DNA of 64,000 nt from an uncultured Spirochaetota bacterium (lineage in GTDB: Bacteria; Spirochaetota; Brevinematia; Brevinematales; JAOACQ01): the NCBI GenBank assembly GCA_963796325.1, contig CAWCLF010000003.1, positions 470,788 to 534,787 of the forward strand, given 5' to 3'. Below are positions 19,098 through 29,601 of the stretch, in pieces (within the stretch, counting starts at the first letter, position 1; every line of letters begins with the position of its first letter). The notes below the pieces were generated by a model. The model worked only from the letters and a program-made list of their open reading frames with translations. It ran no database searches and was not told the DNA's origin. The position numbers and the translations under genes were made by a program.

Positions 19098-20381
19098 ATG
19101 AGCGTCGATCTTAAAAAATATTTCGCCAGGAACGCGGCGGCGATTTCATCCGGCGAGTTCCTGTGGGGCCTCGGCCTGCCGGTCGTAATGGAATCGACTT
19201 TCGTAACTGTCTTTTTAAGCTTTGCCGGCGCCACGAATACGCAGATAGGGCTCTCGGGGCTTGTGCTCAGCGTCTCGTTTGCAGCAGTTCCGTTATTTGC
19301 CGCCTTTTCCACATCGAAAATGCCCTATAAAAAAGGGCCGACCGTCTGGCTCCAGGTTATCGCCTCGGCGGGGATTATTTTCCTTGGCCTGGCATATATC
19401 CTGGCGGGATCTAAGAGCAACGCCTACATGATATTCATTATTTTTTATTCTTTTTTCGCCGTCGGCATAGCTTCGACGATACCTGTCTGGCAGAATTTCA
19501 TAGTCAAAATATTCACTCCGAAGGACAGCATCAGGGGCATGTCCGTTATGATGCTTGCCCAGAACTCGGCAAAACTTCTTAGCGGCTTTATCCTGGCGTT
19601 AACGATCGGAAAATCCGGGATCAGCGTTTATGGCGCAGGGTTCATCTTTGCCGCCGCCGGCCTTTTGTTCCTTGCCGGCTCTTTTGCCTATGCATATGCC
19701 GTGGAGGACCGCGATAATATCGATCATGACAGAGGCAGGGACCTGCCCGGATATTTCAGTTTCTATATCAGGCATATCCTTAAAAACAGGAATATGGTTT
19801 TTTTCCTTCTCCAGGATATAGAGTTCTCGGCGACGGTCGTTTTCATTTCTTTTTATTCCAGGTTCGCGATAGATTACTGCGGCATACCCGCATCAATGGC
19901 ATCCGGCGTTTTCATAATCATGATCTTCACCGGTGCGGTAATTTCAAACCTCCTGCTGGGCTTTACAAGGAATATTTCACTGAAAGCCCGCTACCTGGCG
20001 ATCAAGGCCGGGACCCTTGCCGGGATGGCGGCGCTCATTCTATTCAGAAGCGAGGCGGCATTTTTTGTTACGAGCCTCCTGCTCGGATTTTCAAGGTCGG
20101 GAAGGATCCAGCTTTACGGCCCAGCGGTAAAGGGGATGTCCGGTCTTGCCGATGCAAGTCCTTATTATGCCATCGCGCCTTTGATAATAATGCCCGTAAC
20201 TTCCTTATTGCCCGTTACGATGGGGACCCTCCTGGATAAGCTGTCTTTCATGAAGTCGGGGGCGTTTACCGCCGGTTTTATCTTTCTTTTCATTGTCGCC
20301 GGTTTGAGCCTGATCCCATTTGCCATGCTCCGGTTCGGGAAAACCGCGGATGAAAAAGCGGCGCCGCCTTCGATGGAATGA
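19098..20381 (+). CDS. MFS-type transporter
   Basis: 427 aa and about 12 hydrophobic segments with a central charged loop (EDRDNIDHDRGRD). No substrate-specific motif recognised. Confidence 0.7.
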   Translation: MSVDLKKYFARNAAAISSGEFLWGLGLPVVMESTFVTVFLSFAGATNTQIGLSGLVLSVSFAAVPLFAAFSTSKMPYKKGPTVWLQVIASAGIIFLGLAYILAGSKSNAYMIFIIFYSFFAVGIASTIPVWQNFIVKIFTPKDSIRGMSVMMLAQNSAKLLSGFILALTIGKSGISVYGAGFIFAAAGLLFLAGSFAYAYAVEDRDNIDHDRGRDLPGYFSFYIRHILKNRNMVFFLLQDIEFSATVVFISFYSRFAIDYCGIPASMASGVFIIMIFTGAVISNLLLGFTRNISLKARYLAIKAGTLAGMAALILFRSEAAFFVTSLLLGFSRSGRIQLYGPAVKGMSGLADASPYYAIAPLIIMPVTSLLPVTMGTLLDKLSFMKSGAFTAGFIFLFIVAGLSLIPFAMLRFGKTADEKAAPPSME

Positions 20382-20576
20382 TGAATCCGCGGATTGCGCA
20401 GATAAGTCCCTGAGCAGAGCTCAGGGAGAACACCGGAACCATGCATGTCTGCGGATCTGCTCATTGCCCGCGCCCTTCCTGTAAAATTGACAAAACCGAT
20501 CATATTTAATACAATAATTACTTAAAAAAACGACATAAAGGGATCATACCGCATTATTTAAAATTATGGAGACGAT

Positions 20577-21596
20577 ATGAGTATTTCCGAAAAGCTCTGG
20601 AAGAGGGGTTCTGAATTCCTCGGCGTTAAATATCCCATAATGGCCGGGGCGATGACCTGGATTTCCAACTTCGAACTGGCCAGCGCGGTGAGCTCTAACG
20701 GGGCCTTCCCCGTCCTTGCTGGCGGGAATATGGACCCCGATCTTTTTGAAAAGGAAGTCGAGAGGTGCGTAAAAAACCTCAAAACTTCCTTCGCAGTCAA
20801 CCTCATAACGATAGCGCCCAATTACAGAAAGCAGTACGAGATCGTACAGGGTAAAAACGTTCCCATAGTGATATTTGCGGGGAATTTCCCGAAAAAGTCC
20901 GATGTGGACGGAATGAAACCGAAGGGCAAAAAGACCATGGCATTCGCGTCGAGCGGGCAGATCACCGACCAGATGATAAGGTTCGGGATAGACGCCCTGA
21001 TCCTCGAAGGCAGCGAGGCCGGCGGGCATATCGGCTACGTTTCTACTATGATACTTCTACAGCAGATACTTTTCAGCACCGATAAGGTCCCCGTGTTTAT
21101 CGCCGGCGGGATAGGTACAGGCAAAATGATCGCCCACCTCCTCCTGATGGGGGCGTCGGGCGTGCAGCTTGGGACCCGGTTCGTTGTCAGCGAGGAATGC
21201 ACCGCCCATGAGAAATTCAAGGAAGCTTTCATAAAAGCCAAGGCAAGGCATGCAATAGCGACCCCCCAGTACGACTCCAGGCTCCCTGTAGTTTCCGTCA
21301 GGGCGCTTAAAAACAAGGGCACGGAAAATTTCGGGAAACTCCAGCTCGAACTCATAAAGAAGCTTGAAAGGGGCGAGATATCGAGGGAGGAAGCCCAGTT
21401 CGAAGTCGAGCGTTACTGGGTCGGCGGGCTCCGCAAGGGAGTCGTCGACGGAGACATCGAGAACGGGTCCCTAATGTCCGGCCAGAGCGTTGGCCTTGTC
21501 GAAAAGATACAGCCCATATGCGAGATAATAAATGAGCTTGTAAGGGATACGGAGAAGGAACTTCAAAGAATTAAAAGCCTTATGCATGGAATATAG
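20577..21596 (+). CDS. FMN-dependent oxidoreductase of the nitronate monooxygenase / FabK (enoyl-ACP reductase II) family
   Basis: TIM-barrel NMO-like pattern (YPIMAGAMTWIS..., GSEAGGHIG, AGGIGTG). Lies next to etfBA-acd, so a fatty-acid role is plausible but unproven. Confidence 0.75.
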   Translation: MSISEKLWKRGSEFLGVKYPIMAGAMTWISNFELASAVSSNGAFPVLAGGNMDPDLFEKEVERCVKNLKTSFAVNLITIAPNYRKQYEIVQGKNVPIVIFAGNFPKKSDVDGMKPKGKKTMAFASSGQITDQMIRFGIDALILEGSEAGGHIGYVSTMILLQQILFSTDKVPVFIAGGIGTGKMIAHLLLMGASGVQLGTRFVVSEECTAHEKFKEAFIKAKARHAIATPQYDSRLPVVSVRALKNKGTENFGKLQLELIKKLERGEISREEAQFEVERYWVGGLRKGVVDGDIENGSLMSGQSVGLVEKIQPICEIINELVRDTEKELQRIKSLMHGI

Positions 21597-21607
21597 AATT
21601 AACGGTG

Positions 21608-21637
21608 GAGACGCTTTAAGAGCGTCTCTATTTTTAT
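21608..21637 (+). terminator. Rho-independent terminator after the NMO/FabK-like gene
   Basis: 8-bp perfect stem GAGACGCT / AGCGTCTC (21608-21615 and 21621-21628), 5-nt loop, then TATTTTTAT. Confidence 0.6.
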
Positions 21638-21663
21638 GCCGATCGAAATAAAGGAGGAATCAA

Positions 21664-22536
21664 GTGTCATATAATATTGCCGTTCTGGTAAAACAGGTTC
21701 CGGACACCCACAATATTACGGGAAAAGCCATGAAGGACGACGGCACGGTCAACCGCCAGGCCCTTCCCGCCATTTACAATCCTGAAGATCTGAACGCCCT
21801 TGAAGAAGCGCTTTCCATCAAGGAAACTCTTGGCGCAAAGGTGACGGTCATTACTATGGGGCCTCCCAACGCGGCCCAGGTATTGCGCGAAAGCCTCTAC
21901 CGCGGCGCCGACGACGTCGTTTTGATAACGGACAGGGTCTTTGCAGGCGCCGATACGCTGGCGACCTCTTACGTGCTGAGCCTCGCCGTTAAAAAACTGG
22001 GGAAGGTCGATATCGTAATGTGCGGAAGACAGGCAATAGACGGGGATACAGCCCAGGTCGGGCCCCAGTCGGCTGAAAAACTTAAAATGAACCAAATGAC
22101 ATGCGTCAATAAGATAGTATCCCTTAAAAAGGACTCGATCACGGTAGAAAGATCGATAGAAGGCGGGTATGAAGTCCTGACTGCAAAGCTTCCGGTTTTA
22201 TTGACCATAACGGGCGAAGCGAATACGCCCAGATCCGCCTCGGCCAAAAAACTCCTGGCATACAAGCATGCTATGACGCCGCTGGAACTCGAGAACCTCG
22301 AGGAAGCGTACATCAGCGCAAATGAAATAACCGATTCGCATGCCCTTATAAAGCTCTGGGACCACAAGGAAATAGGGGCGAGCCCCGAGCAGTGCGGACT
22401 TCCGGGTTCTCCGACAAAGGTAAAACAGATAGAATCGATCGTCCTCGGAGCGCAGGAATTCAAAAAGATCGAGAACACGAAGGAGGGGCTCGGAGAGCTT
22501 ATTTCGGAACTTATGAAGGAACATATTTTAGGTTAA
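21664..22536 (+). CDS. etfB: Electron transfer flavoprotein beta subunit
   Basis: VLVKQVPD N-terminal signature; GTG start preceded by AGGAGGA; followed by etfA. Confidence 0.9.
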   Translation: MSYNIAVLVKQVPDTHNITGKAMKDDGTVNRQALPAIYNPEDLNALEEALSIKETLGAKVTVITMGPPNAAQVLRESLYRGADDVVLITDRVFAGADTLATSYVLSLAVKKLGKVDIVMCGRQAIDGDTAQVGPQSAEKLKMNQMTCVNKIVSLKKDSITVERSIEGGYEVLTAKLPVLLTITGEANTPRSASAKKLLAYKHAMTPLELENLEEAYISANEITDSHALIKLWDHKEIGASPEQCGLPGSPTKVKQIESIVLGAQEFKKIENTKEGLGELISELMKEHILG

Positions 22537-22548
22537 CGGGAGATTATT

Positions 22549-23577
22549 ATGAAAACGAATGAAGTATGGATTTATATAGAACAGAATAACGGGAAGATCG
22601 CCGATGTAAGCCTTGAACTTCTCGGCAAGGGCAGCGAACTGGCGAAAAGGCTCGGGGTCAAAACAGGGGCCGTTCTTATCGGCAGCAAAGTCGGGGTTTT
22701 GGCTGAAACCCTTATCAAGTACGGGGCCGACAAGGTTTATCTCGCGGAATCGGAAAAGCTCGGGGATTACCTGACACTCCCTTATGCAAGCATAATGGTC
22801 AGCCTGATCAGGGAATACGGGCCGCAGATCGCGCTTTACGGCGCTTCGACGACCGGAAGGGATATCGCCCCCCGCATAGCCTCGGAACTGAGGGTGGGCC
22901 TGACAGCCGACTGCACAAATCTCCAGATCGGCGACTACACCAAGCCTTCGTCAAAGGAAGGAGACGTCCTTTACAAGGACATACTTTACCAGATACGTCC
23001 GGCTTTCGGCGGAAACATCATCGCCACTATCGTGAGCCCGGACCACAGGCCCCAGATGGCTACGGTCAGGGAAGGCGTGATGAAGATGAATAACCCCGAT
23101 CCTTCAAGGAAGGGGGAAATAGTGGAGCATAAGCCCGAACTCCCCGAAGGGCTTTTCATAACTGAAATAGTGAAGAAAATACAGCGTGAAAAAACAGTAG
23201 ACCTGAAATCGGCCGGCATCATCGTGTCGGGCGGCATGGGCGTGGGTTCGAAGGAAAATTTCAAGCTCATACACGAACTTGCCCATGTGCTTGGCGCACA
23301 GGTCGGAGGGTCGCGCGCGGCTGTGGACGCAGGGTTCATCCCCAAGGACCACCAGGTCGGCCAGACCGGAACGACGGTAAGGCCCAAGCTCTATATAGCG
23401 GTAGGAATCTCAGGACAGATACAGCATATGGCCGGGATGAAGGAATCCAACCGCATCATAGCGATAAACAGCGATGCCGGCGCCCCGATTTTCGGGATAG
23501 CCCATTACGGCATTGTCGGGGACCTGAACGACGTACTGCCGAAGTTAATCGAAACCTATAAATCATTAATGAAGTAA
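22549..23577 (+). CDS. etfA: Electron transfer flavoprotein alpha subunit
   Basis: C-terminal FAD-binding signature PKLYIAVGISGQIQHMAGM. Confidence 0.92.
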   Translation: MKTNEVWIYIEQNNGKIADVSLELLGKGSELAKRLGVKTGAVLIGSKVGVLAETLIKYGADKVYLAESEKLGDYLTLPYASIMVSLIREYGPQIALYGASTTGRDIAPRIASELRVGLTADCTNLQIGDYTKPSSKEGDVLYKDILYQIRPAFGGNIIATIVSPDHRPQMATVREGVMKMNNPDPSRKGEIVEHKPELPEGLFITEIVKKIQREKTVDLKSAGIIVSGGMGVGSKENFKLIHELAHVLGAQVGGSRAAVDAGFIPKDHQVGQTGTTVRPKLYIAVGISGQIQHMAGMKESNRIIAINSDAGAPIFGIAHYGIVGDLNDVLPKLIETYKSLMK

Positions 23578-23587
23578 GGAGCTCAAT

Positions 23588-25309
23588 ATGCCGAATTTTT
23601 ATAAAGACAACGACGATATCCAGTTTCATATGAAAACAATGGACCTCGAAAGGGTCATAAAGCTTAAAGAAAACGATTTCGAGGACAAAGGGAAATACGA
23701 TTACGCGCCCGTAAATGAGCTGGATGCGAAGGATTCGTACGATAAAATCCTTGATATTACCGGAGACCTGGCAGGGAATTACATTGCGCCGCGCGCTGCG
23801 GGAGTCGACGAAGAAGGGGCGCATTTCGAGAACGGTCAGGTCAGGTACGCCAAGGGTATGGAGGAATCCCTCGACATGCTTAAGAAAGCCGATCTCATGG
23901 GCTTCACGCTGCCCAGGAAATACGGCGGATTGAACTGCCCGGTAACAATATACGTAATAGCGACCGAAATGGTCTCGAGGGCGGACGCGTCCCTTATGAA
24001 CCTGTTCGGGCTTCAGGATATCGCGGAAACCATAAACCTGTTCGCCGAAGAGGACCAGAGGATGCGGTACCTTCCGCGGTTCTGCTCGGGAGAAGTGACG
24101 GGATCCATGGCGCTCACCGAACCTGACGCAGGGAGCGACCTGCAGTCCGTACAGCTCAAGGCGTACCAGGATGAAAAGGGGACCTGGAGGCTTAAAGGAG
24201 TCAAGCGCTTTATAACCAACGGCTGCGGCCATATATCGCTTGTCCTTGCGAGGAGCGAGGAAGGATCGACAGACGGCCGCGGGCTGTCCATGTTCATCTA
24301 CGAAAGGGACGAAAAGATGAAGATAAGAAGGATCGAGAATAAATTGGGCATTCACGGCTCGCCCACCTGCGAACTCCAGTTCAACGACGCGCCCGCCGAA
24401 CTCTGCGGAAAGAGGAGAATGGGGCTGATAAAGTATGTTATGTCCCTGATGAACGGCGCCAGGATCGCCATTGCGGCGCAGGGCCTGGGCATAGCCGAAG
24501 CGGCTTACGCAGAAGCCGACCAGTATGCGAAAGACAGGGTCCAGTTCAAGAAATCGATCAGGGAAATGATCCCTGTAAGCGAACTATTAGTCAATATGCG
24601 CGTCAAGATCGAGGCGGCCAGAACCCTCCTTTACGAAACTGCGAGGATTGTGGATATCAAGAACGGCCTCGAGCACCGGAGCGAAAAGAGCGAGGAAAAG
24701 GCGAAGGAATTAAGGGACGAGCTTAAAAAATACACGGCGCTGGCTGCGCTTTTTACCCCCATTGCGAAGGCTTTCAATACCGAAGTTGCAAACCAGGTGG
24801 CGTACGATACGATCCAGATACATGGCGGCACCGGGTTCATGAAAGAATTCAATGCCGAAAGACACTACAGGGATGCAAGGATCACGAACATTTACGAAGG
24901 GACCACCCAGCTCCAGGTCGTAGCGGCCATCGGGGGCATAGTCAAGGGTACGGCCATGGACAAGCTTAACGAGTACGACTCCGGTTTCGATTTTAACGGC
25001 CTTGAATTCCTGTGCAAGCCCCTGAGGGAAATGAAAGAATATACTGAAAAAGCGATATCCTTCGTAAGGACAAGGAACGACAGTCTTTACCAGGATTACC
25101 ATTCAAGGAGGCTGGTGGAGATGACGACCGATACGATAATCGGTTATCTCATGCTCCGCGACGCAGCCAGGTCCGAGAGGAAAAAGGATGTTGCGAAGCT
25201 CTTCATAGAATTCGCTCTTCCCGGCGTTAAAATGAAGCATGACCTGATCACCGGGAACACCCAGCATTTCCTGGAAAAAAAGCAGGAACTGCTCGACGGC
25301 AGGAATTGA
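23588..25309 (+). CDS. Acyl-CoA dehydrogenase (long form with C-terminal extension)
   Basis: ACAD motifs ALTEPDAGSD, QIHGGTGF and YEGTTQLQ. Clustered with etfBA. Confidence 0.9.
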   Translation: MPNFYKDNDDIQFHMKTMDLERVIKLKENDFEDKGKYDYAPVNELDAKDSYDKILDITGDLAGNYIAPRAAGVDEEGAHFENGQVRYAKGMEESLDMLKKADLMGFTLPRKYGGLNCPVTIYVIATEMVSRADASLMNLFGLQDIAETINLFAEEDQRMRYLPRFCSGEVTGSMALTEPDAGSDLQSVQLKAYQDEKGTWRLKGVKRFITNGCGHISLVLARSEEGSTDGRGLSMFIYERDEKMKIRRIENKLGIHGSPTCELQFNDAPAELCGKRRMGLIKYVMSLMNGARIAIAAQGLGIAEAAYAEADQYAKDRVQFKKSIREMIPVSELLVNMRVKIEAARTLLYETARIVDIKNGLEHRSEKSEEKAKELRDELKKYTALAALFTPIAKAFNTEVANQVAYDTIQIHGGTGFMKEFNAERHYRDARITNIYEGTTQLQVVAAIGGIVKGTAMDKLNEYDSGFDFNGLEFLCKPLREMKEYTEKAISFVRTRNDSLYQDYHSRRLVEMTTDTIIGYLMLRDAARSERKKDVAKLFIEFALPGVKMKHDLITGNTQHFLEKKQELLDGRN

Positions 25310-25330
25310 ACCCTGCCGACCGGATTTTGC

Positions 25331-25359
25331 TTGATAAGTTCGGAGTTAATGATTATAAT
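25331..25359 (+). promoter_or_regulatory. Candidate sigma70-type promoter for frr-uppS-cdsA
   Basis: TTGATA (25331-25336), 17-bp spacer, consensus TATAAT (25354-25359). The same TTGATA-17-TATAAT layout precedes tRNA-Ser. Confidence 0.5.
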
Positions 25360-25390
25360 ATAATTTGTTAATCGCGGAGGAGGGAAAAAG

Positions 25391-25957
25391 ATGGTTGAGG
25401 AATACGTTAAGCTGAAAAAAGATGCCAACGAAAGAATGGATAAAACTATTCAGCATTTAAAAGACGAATTCAAGAAAATGCGGACAGGCAGGGCCAATAT
25501 CGCGATGGTGGAAGACATACGCTTCGACTACTACGGAAACCAGACGCCGATCAAACAGGCCGCATCCCTGTCAACCCCCGATCCGCATACTATCGCCATA
25601 GATCCCTGGGATAAAAGCGCTCTCAAGGCCATCGAAAAGGGCATATCCGATTCAGGCATGGGTTTTAACGCGGTGAACGACGGGAAGCTCATCAGGGTAA
25701 TAATACCCCCCATGACGGAAGAAACGAAGCTCGAATATGTAAAAAAGGTGAAAGAAACGGCCGAAGAGGCCAAGGTAGCCATACGCAACGAAAGAAGGGA
25801 CATCAACGCCCATGTAAAAAAAATGGCGAAGGACGGCCATTTCAGCGAAGACGACGAAAGACAGGAGCTCGACGAGATCCAGAAGGTCACCGACAAGCAC
25901 ATGGAAACCATAGACGATCTCCTCGGGAAAAAAGAAAAAGAGATAATGGAAATTTAA
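25391..25957 (+). CDS. frr: Ribosome recycling factor
   Basis: ~188 aa, KKMRTGRAN motif, charged helical C-terminus, conserved frr-uppS-cdsA synteny. Confidence 0.95.
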   Translation: MVEEYVKLKKDANERMDKTIQHLKDEFKKMRTGRANIAMVEDIRFDYYGNQTPIKQAASLSTPDPHTIAIDPWDKSALKAIEKGISDSGMGFNAVNDGKLIRVIIPPMTEETKLEYVKKVKETAEEAKVAIRNERRDINAHVKKMAKDGHFSEDDERQELDEIQKVTDKHMETIDDLLGKKEKEIMEI

Positions 25958-25961
25958 AGGA

Positions 25962-26690
25962 ATGCGTTTTTATAACCTCGATATCGATGAAAACGCCCTC
26001 CCGGTGCATATGGGAATCATAATGGACGGCAACGGGAGATGGGCCGCAAAGAGAGGCCTCCCCCGCATACAGGGCCATGTGAAAGGCTACAAAGTACTGA
26101 AAAAGATCATTGAATTCAACAGAAAGGTCGGGATCAAGTTTATCTCGGTTTACGCCTTTTCAACAGAAAACTGGAACAGGCCCAGGGAAGAGGTCGAATT
26201 TTTAATGGGCCTGGCCAGAGACCTGATCGCGGAGTATACACAGACACTGCTTAAGAACGATATAAGGCTCATGGTGACCGGGACCAGGGACAATCTCGAC
26301 AGGGAATTCGTCGAACTCCTGGATGAATCGATAAAAAAAACCGAAGACTGCCGGTCTTATGTCCTCAATATAGTTTTCAATTACGGGGGCAGGAGGGAGA
26401 TACTGGACGCCGCGAAGAAAATAGCGGCCGATATCAGCGGAGGGAAAGTAGATCCCGTGAAAGTCGACGAGAGCTCTTTCAGGGAATACCTGTACCAGCC
26501 CGGCCTGCCGGATGTCGACCTGGTCATAAGGACAAGCGGGGAGTACAGGCTTTCAAACTTCCTGATCTGGCAGTCCAGCTATGCCGAATTTTATTTCACG
26601 AAGAGGTTATGGCCTGATTTTACGGGGCGCGATTTTATAAGGGCCGTTTTCAGTTTTCAGGCAAGACACAGGAGATTCGGCAGCATATAG
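25962..26690 (+). CDS. uppS: Di-trans,poly-cis-undecaprenyl diphosphate synthase
   Basis: HMGIIMDGNGRWA, FSTENWNRP and DLVIRTSGEYRLSNFLIWQSSYAEF. Confidence 0.95.
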   Translation: MRFYNLDIDENALPVHMGIIMDGNGRWAAKRGLPRIQGHVKGYKVLKKIIEFNRKVGIKFISVYAFSTENWNRPREEVEFLMGLARDLIAEYTQTLLKNDIRLMVTGTRDNLDREFVELLDESIKKTEDCRSYVLNIVFNYGGRREILDAAKKIAADISGGKVDPVKVDESSFREYLYQPGLPDVDLVIRTSGEYRLSNFLIWQSSYAEFYFTKRLWPDFTGRDFIRAVFSFQARHRRFGSI

Positions 26691-26708
26691 GAAATCCGGG
26701 GGCTTAAC

Positions 26709-27551
26709 ATGTGGAAAAGAATGATCACGGTTCTGCTGCTGCTGCCGCTTTGTGCGGTGCTGGTATTCACTAATATTTTCAACGGTCTGCCTGTTTTCAT
26801 AACCCTGATGGTCATATCGATCTTCATTGCATACGAGATATCCTCGCTGTTCGAAAAGAACGGTTTTTCATTCAATCCATGGCTTCATACTTTCGCTTTG
26901 ACTGTCAGTTATATCAGCTTTTACCTGTACGGCATGGGAACGATCGATATAGGACGGCTTTTCGTCATACTGACGGGGATCATCACAGGGTATCTATTGA
27001 TCATAATTTCTATCGAATCGTTCTCGGGCAGGTTCGAGCATTCCATTGAAAACATCAGCTTTCCCGTTTTCAGCTTCATCATGCTGGGGATCTTTTTTCC
27101 CCTCCTCGGGGTCCTTAAAGTAATGGATATGACCGGGTGGCTGCTCGCCATTCTACTTTCCATCACCTTCCTCACCGATACGGGCGGCTGGCTTTTCGGC
27201 AAGCTTTTCGGCAGGCACAAGGTCGGGTTCCTTTCGAGCCCCAACAAAACAACGGAGGGTTTTTTAGGCGCTTTCCTCCTCGGCGCTGCAGGAGGAGTTA
27301 TGGTTTATGCGGCGGAACTCATTTTCCCGACCCCTGTCAAATTCTCCGTCCCTGAAATCGTTCTGATCACTGCAGCAGTCATAATTTCAGCCATCATAGG
27401 GGACCTGGGCGAATCATGCATAAAACGGTGGGCCCACCTCAAGGATTCGGGAGACCTTCTGCCGGGCCATGGCGGGTTCTTCGACCGCTTCGACAGCATT
27501 ATTTTTTCAACTCCCGTTTTCTTCGTGATCATCAAGCTTATCGGCCGGTGA
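26709..27551 (+). CDS. cdsA: Phosphatidate cytidylyltransferase
   Basis: Polytopic membrane protein with C-terminal signature SCIKRWAHLKDSGDLLPGHGGFFDRFDS. Confidence 0.92.
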   Translation: MWKRMITVLLLLPLCAVLVFTNIFNGLPVFITLMVISIFIAYEISSLFEKNGFSFNPWLHTFALTVSYISFYLYGMGTIDIGRLFVILTGIITGYLLIIISIESFSGRFEHSIENISFPVFSFIMLGIFFPLLGVLKVMDMTGWLLAILLSITFLTDTGGWLFGKLFGRHKVGFLSSPNKTTEGFLGAFLLGAAGGVMVYAAELIFPTPVKFSVPEIVLITAAVIISAIIGDLGESCIKRWAHLKDSGDLLPGHGGFFDRFDSIIFSTPVFFVIIKLIGR

Positions 27552-28319
27552 ATAATACCCTCTTTTGAAGATAAGCCCCCTGGCAGGTACGGGTGTTTTG
27601 TATAGAGGCAATAGATCTGTCCTGTCGGCAAGGGAGTCGATTACGAGGTCCGAATCGATCTTCCCCCTGGAATAGTTGAGGCAGACCGAAACTATCGAGC
27701 GTATCATTCCGTTCAGAAATCCGTTCCCTTTTATAAAAAAAAGGGTCAGCGGCCCGCACCTCTTCACCCTGAGGTAATAGATCAGCCTTGTAAAATCGAT
27801 TTTCTTTTTATACCCGTAGCAGAAATTCCTGAAGGAGTGATTGCCCCTGAACAGCCTGCAGACCTCTTTCAGGCGCAAAATGTCGATCGGGTCTTCGACG
27901 GAATAAGTATAGCGGGATAAGAAGGGAAGATAAGGCAAAGTTAACGGGTCCACTCTGGGCTGTTCCAATATTATGTAGACATATTCGCGCGCATATGCCG
28001 AAAACCGGCTGTGAAAGCCTGGCGGCGCTTCTTCGATCGAATTAACCCTGATATCTCCGGGAAGGCGCCGGTTGAGTATCAGGCGGAGTTTGGAAGCGGG
28101 TATGGGAAAACCCGGGGCCAGGAAATTGGCCGTATAATTTACGGCATGCGCCCGTGCGTCCGTCCGCCCGACGCCGTTGACGCAGGTCCTTATTCCTAAT
28201 ACGCCTGCCAGGGCCTTTTCCACTTCGCACTGAATTGAAACGGCGTTCTTCTGCCTCTGCCATCCTGAATAGGAACTTCCGTCAAAGCTGAGGTTAAGCT
28301 TAAAATTAATTCCATCCAT
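27507..28319 (-). CDS. truA: tRNA pseudouridine(38-40) synthase
   Basis: Catalytic Asp motif GVGRTDARAHA. ~270 aa. The 3' end overlaps the cdsA 3' end convergently by 45 nt. Confidence 0.9.
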   Translation of the reverse strand: MDGINFKLNLSFDGSSYSGWQRQKNAVSIQCEVEKALAGVLGIRTCVNGVGRTDARAHAVNYTANFLAPGFPIPASKLRLILNRRLPGDIRVNSIEEAPPGFHSRFSAYAREYVYIILEQPRVDPLTLPYLPFLSRYTYSVEDPIDILRLKEVCRLFRGNHSFRNFCYGYKKKIDFTRLIYYLRVKRCGPLTLFFIKGNGFLNGMIRSIVSVCLNYSRGKIDSDLVIDSLADRTDLLPLYKTPVPARGLIFKRGYYSPADKLDDHEENGS

Positions 28320-28328
28320 AAGGAATTG

Positions 28329-28709
28329 TCAGTACAGATTGATAAGCCGGTGTATGAGACTGTCGAGAATATTGGGCGCGGCGTTTTCTGCCGGGGTTCC
28401 GGCGCTCTCTTCGGTAAGTTCGCTGACGGGTACAACGATTACGTCTTTCATCGTGATCGGCTTTCCCAGGGAAGAATAATCGTAACTTGATAGTCTCTGG
28501 AGTTCTCCATCGATCCTTATTGAAAGCTCCATCTTTTGTGAATTATAAATTTCAATGTTTTTCTGAATTTCCCTTATGCGAATGTCGTATTCTTTCGATT
28601 CGAGCCTCTGTTCGACGAGAACGAACATGAAGCCGGCAAACAGCATGAAAATAACGGCAATTTTAAGCCCGTTTGCACCGGAGTTATTCATCCATTCCTC
28701 TTTTTTCAA
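28329..28709 (-). CDS. FtsL-like small bitopic cell-division protein
   Basis: Single TM (IAVIFMLFAGFMFVLV) followed by a coiled-coil-like segment, directly downstream of rsmH as in dcw clusters. The start could instead be ATG 28691. Assignment is by position and architecture only. Confidence 0.5.
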   Translation of the reverse strand: MKKEEWMNNSGANGLKIAVIFMLFAGFMFVLVEQRLESKEYDIRIREIQKNIEIYNSQKMELSIRIDGELQRLSSYDYSSLGKPITMKDVIVVPVSELTEESAGTPAENAAPNILDSLIHRLINLY

Positions 28710-29601
28710 AAACCCTCAGTTTCGCGCTTCTTGAAGCCCTGTTCCCGGCCGTTTCAACGGCCGAAGGCACTACAGGCTTCCTTGTAAGGACAATGCCTTT
28801 GCCCTCGTTTTCAAGCGATCTAAAGGCATTTTTGACAAGCCTGTCCTCAAGCGAATGATAGCTCATTATGACAAGCCTGCCGCCAGTCAATAGATTATCG
28901 ACAGCCAGGGGTATAAAACTTTCGAGAATTTCCAGTTCTTTGTTCACATAAATCCTGAGCGCCTGGAAACTCTTTGTCGCCGGGTGAATTCTGGAACCCT
29001 TCCTCTTTTTTTTTGCCCTGGCTATGACCCCTGCAAGCTCCTCCGCGCTCCGGTAGGGCCGGTTGGAACATATTGCAGCCGCTATCTTCCTCGACTCGTA
29101 TTCTTCGCCGTATTTATATAGTATATCGGCGATTTCGTTAACCCCGAAACTGTTCACTATTTCCACCGCATCGATGCCGGGTCCGCCGTCGAGCCTCATG
29201 GATAGAGAACTTCCGTCCGTATAGCTGAATCCGCCGGCCGCACCCGACCGCAGGTGGAAGAGCGAAATTCCCAGATCTGCTAATATTCCATCGACTTTAA
29301 AAATCTTTTCTTGAGCGAGAATCATGGAAATTTTATCGAAAACGGCTTCATGATAGGATATGTTCTGAAAATCCCGGAGACGATTTCTTGCCCTGGAAAG
29401 AATAAGGCCGTTCCTGTCTATGCAGATCAGCCTGCCGCCGGGGATTTTCTCCGCGATAAGAGCCGAATGGCCGCCTTCCCCGCAGGTTGCATCGACTATG
29501 AGGCTTCCGGGATTGAGGTTGAGAAACCCGATGACTTCCGTGGGCATCACCGGAATATGGAATATCTCATCCGGCATTGCCGGCTCCGGCGCCGCCGCCA
29601 T
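28684..29601 (-). CDS. rsmH: 16S rRNA (cytosine1402-N4)-methyltransferase
   Basis: HIPVM, DATCGEGGHS and SYHSLEDR motifs. Confidence 0.93.
   Translation of the reverse strand: MAAAPEPAMPDEIFHIPVMPTEVIGFLNLNPGSLIVDATCGEGGHSALIAEKIPGGRLICIDRNGLILSRARNRLRDFQNISYHEAVFDKISMILAQEKIFKVDGILADLGISLFHLRSGAAGGFSYTDGSSLSMRLDGGPGIDAVEIVNSFGVNEIADILYKYGEEYESRKIAAAICSNRPYRSAEELAGVIARAKKKRKGSRIHPATKSFQALRIYVNKELEILESFIPLAVDNLLTGGRLVIMSYHSLEDRLVKNAFRSLENEGKGIVLTRKPVVPSAVETAGNRASRSAKLRVFEKRGMDE

Noticed and set aside
20383-20427. Two palindromes after the MFS gene, considered as a terminator: aatccgcggatt (20383-20394) and tccctgagc-aga-gctcaggga (20407-20427).
   Set aside because: No T-tract follows either stem. 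They may still be a structural or protein-binding site, but I cannot support an intrinsic-terminator call.
23456-24355. 299-aa minus-strand ORF antisense to etfA/acd.
   Set aside because: It is fully overlapped by strongly supported etfA and acyl-CoA dehydrogenase genes on the plus strand. It is R/P/H/F-rich with no motifs, a typical shadow ORF.
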